Below, in pieces: positions 61,551 to 64,000 of a stretch of DNA of 64,000 bases; position 1 is the first letter of the stretch; each line of letters begins with the position of its first letter. The notes under the pieces were generated by a model. That model had not been told where the DNA came from. It did not search any database and saw only the letters and a list, made by a program, of their open reading frames with translations. The stretch is from sequence record NC_028999.1, one strand, 5' to 3'. The translations under genes were made by a program, and so were the position numbers.

Positions 61551-63839
61551 TTACAGTGAGCAGGCGCCACCGGCGCAACCGCGAGTACCGTCATTATTCT
61601 CCAGCGCGGTTTCCAGCGCTTCGAGGGACAGGCTTGCAGTGGTTTCGGTGTTAATGTAGTAACGGGTCTTCACGCCCATCTTGACCGAATAGAAATGGTT
61701 AGAAAGCATCTCGTTCGAAGAGATCTTCTCGGCACCTACGATACGGCGCCACCAGTCACCAGAGATGGCCTGGTCAGTGAACTTCTGTGTGATGGCATAC
61801 ATATCGATCTGGTCTTTGATCTTGATATCGTAAGCCAGTTCGTAAACGTAAGCAGGATCGTCGCTATAGGGGGCAGCCCACTTGATCTTGTTATTAAGAT
61901 CGGATTTACCTAGAACCTTACGACGAACCGGGTACATGGAATTCGCACCACCCAGCGCTTTAGAAGACGCCTCGCCTGGCATGTAAGCAACCAGACTGGA
62001 GTGAGCGATACCACCTTGTTCGATGATCTGCTCGCGCAGCTTCTCCCAGTTGAAGTAGCTATCAAAGCCGCCTTCAACAATGGTGTCCACATTACGGTTA
62101 TAGGTATCGATCGGCAGCCAGCCTTCCGGCCACTTGGTCTTGTGAATCCACGGAGCATTACCACGTTCTTTGGCAATACGCAGAGAAGCTTCGATCATGT
62201 GGTACATGTGGCGTTCGGCCACAAAGTGAATCTCTTGCTTACCGTTGGGTTCAGAATACTTCAGACCAGCTCTAGCCAGATGAGTTGCCAGACCCATGAT
62301 ACCAACACCAGCATTCATACGTTGCTTGGCAGTGAACTCCAGGTGCGGGAACGCGTACTCTGCGTTGTTGATGCAGTAGTCGATCATCTTCAGAGCGTAG
62401 TAGCAAGCTTTCTGATACGTTTCCTTGTCCGGGATATTATCGACAGGAATGGCTGCCAGCGAGCAAGTCGAGATCTCACCACGACCATGGTCTTCTGTGG
62501 AATACAGATCGATCATGTTGTAGTAAGGGGCAGTCGGCTGAGTGATCTCCAGGCACAGGTTCGAGCTGTAGATCGGGTCTTTGAACGGAGTATGCCGGTT
62601 GATCTCGGAGATGTTCGCCATGTAGGCGGTACCCGTCTCGAAGCCTTCGTTCAGTACAACCTTCAGCAGATCACGTGCGTTGACGTAAACCTTCTTGAAA
62701 TTCGGGTCAGCTTCGTAGCGTTCGTAGATCTCTTTGAACAGTTCTTGATCCTTACCATAGAAAGCGGCATGCAGATCAGGAGCTGTGTAGACGTTGAACA
62801 GGAAGACTTCACCGCCCTTCTGTGCAGCCTTCTGGTTGAACAAGGTATTGTTGACCAGAGCGTAGTGCAGATCACGGTTCTTCTTGTCTTCAGTCGAACG
62901 CGGGTTACGCAGCTGAGAGATCAGCTCGCCTTCTGGATCGAACGCATTGTAGTAGAAGGTGATAGCACCACCACGACCTGCTTGGATGTTAGCACGAACA
63001 GCTTTACCCAGTGCATCGATGTAGGGTTTCTTACCGTTGTGAATAATGAGACCATTACGAACGGGGTCACCGATCGAACGACACATCATGTTCATGCCGA
63101 TCCCAGCAGATTTCTGGGTCATCATGTTCGCGATAAAGTCTCCAGTAGCCAGCGACTCGCCAGTATCACCAGAAGCAATGAGACAGCAAGAAGCGAAGCC
63201 ACGAAGAACAGTACCAAGGTTAACGTAGTTCGGAGTAGGTGCCGACAGCTGCTTACGAGAGAAGAGCTCGTAAAAATTCTTAACATGTTCCAGTCGCTCC
63301 GCTTTGGGTTCTTTCTCCGACAGAGTCATTGCCATCCGCATGTACACGAACTGAGGAGTTTCGTACTCCTTCTTGGTCAGTCGGTTTTGCAGAGCGTACT
63401 TGCTGCGAATGTGGTGCAGGGCAAAATGAGGAGTTTGCAGATCCAGTTCATGGTTCATGAACTTCTCGATCTGCTCGTATTCTTGGGTACTATAGTTCAG
63501 CTTGACCATAATACCATCTTTGCGCATGCGAGTGTGCAGCGCTTTAACGGTGGGGATACCGTCGTTCCCATAGAACTTCTTACGCAGCCATACGGCGTAC
63601 AGGCGCCCTGCCATCAGGTAGTAGGACCAAGTATCGCGGCTCAAGCATTCTTCAATCAGTTTCATCTGAAGTTCTTGAGAAGTCACGCGCTCGGGCAGGT
63701 GTTGGACAGTGTCCATTACCACAGAGCCCCAATCTACCATGTCGCCCAAAGTTGCAGCAGCCCATTCACCCCAGCGATTCAGTTTACCAGGGTTGAATTC
63801 CTGCTCGGTATTATCCAGCTTAATGATGGTCTTAATCAT
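61551..63839 (-). CDS. nrdA: Ribonucleotide reductase class Ia alpha subunit
   Basis: ATP-cone-like N-terminus, PTPN, SCCL, GRGG, NLCLEI, TCSL, MPGEASS, RYY and C-terminal CAGGAC. Confidence 0.97.
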   Translation of the reverse strand: MIKTIIKLDNTEQEFNPGKLNRWGEWAAATLGDMVDWGSVVMDTVQHLPERVTSQELQMKLIEECLSRDTWSYYLMAGRLYAVWLRKKFYGNDGIPTVKALHTRMRKDGIMVKLNYSTQEYEQIEKFMNHELDLQTPHFALHHIRSKYALQNRLTKKEYETPQFVYMRMAMTLSEKEPKAERLEHVKNFYELFSRKQLSAPTPNYVNLGTVLRGFASCCLIASGDTGESLATGDFIANMMTQKSAGIGMNMMCRSIGDPVRNGLIIHNGKKPYIDALGKAVRANIQAGRGGAITFYYNAFDPEGELISQLRNPRSTEDKKNRDLHYALVNNTLFNQKAAQKGGEVFLFNVYTAPDLHAAFYGKDQELFKEIYERYEADPNFKKVYVNARDLLKVVLNEGFETGTAYMANISEINRHTPFKDPIYSSNLCLEITQPTAPYYNMIDLYSTEDHGRGEISTCSLAAIPVDNIPDKETYQKACYYALKMIDYCINNAEYAFPHLEFTAKQRMNAGVGIMGLATHLARAGLKYSEPNGKQEIHFVAERHMYHMIEASLRIAKERGNAPWIHKTKWPEGWLPIDTYNRNVDTIVEGGFDSYFNWEKLREQIIEQGGIAHSSLVAYMPGEASSKALGGANSMYPVRRKVLGKSDLNNKIKWAAPYSDDPAYVYELAYDIKIKDQIDMYAITQKFTDQAISGDWWRRIVGAEKISSNEMLSNHFYSVKMGVKTRYYINTETTASLSLEALETALENNDGTRGCAGGACSL

Positions 63840-63888
63840 GTTCCGTTGAGTCCAGTGTCACGTAAAAAGTGTGGAACGAATCCGTTAA

Positions 63889-63916
63889 CATAAACTAAAT
63901 TCATCCCAGTAATTTT
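63889..63916 (-). promoter_or_regulatory. Probable nrdA promoter
   Basis: AAAATTACTG-N14-TATG. Confidence 0.55.
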
Positions 63917-64000
63917 ACTTCCCCCGCGAATTAAAAATCTATTGCATAAGGTTGGAAGAAACTTACCGACCATAAAGAAGATAATGTGCAGATCTCTGCG

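Noticed and set aside
62001-63893. Long antisense ORFs (62001-63893, 9298-10626 and similar)
   Set aside because: These are shadow frames of strongly codon-biased real genes, with no RBS or motifs.

Overview
The window looks like part of a phiKZ-related jumbo phage genome, probably with a gammaproteobacterial host. This is inferred from eight TA(T/C)ATTAC early-promoter boxes, a TAC...TATG middle/late promoter motif, many UUCG hairpins and the gene content. About 1-48.8 kb is a dense + strand array of mostly small hypothetical genes, including several paralog families. Recognisable members are an SspB-like adaptor, a macrodomain, ThyA, a CX5R phosphatase, an Rnl2-type RNA ligase, an HD hydrolase, an ART-fold protein, GIY-YIG-like proteins and a BCS1-like AAA+ ATPase. 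About 49-64 kb is mostly - strand: five tRNAs (Ser-TGA, Thr-TGT, Tyr-GTA, Asn-GTT, Leu-TAA), a Kelch/virion-protein cassette, nrdB and nrdA. The most striking unexplained signal is non-coding. The same bipartite promoter (TACT[C/G]-N12/13-TAT[G/A]) precedes a set of structured, ORF-free RNAs, several of them in the tRNA operons. The set includes a circularly permuted, anticodon-less tRNA mimic (49550-49641), a half c-di-GMP-I-like aptamer upstream of a terminator (49303-49345) and a ~380-nt stand-alone structured RNA (45894-46281). It also includes further candidate sRNAs at 49731-49821, 56056-56322, 58026-58170 and 58966-59126. All folds and family calls were made by eye; no searches or folding programs were run.
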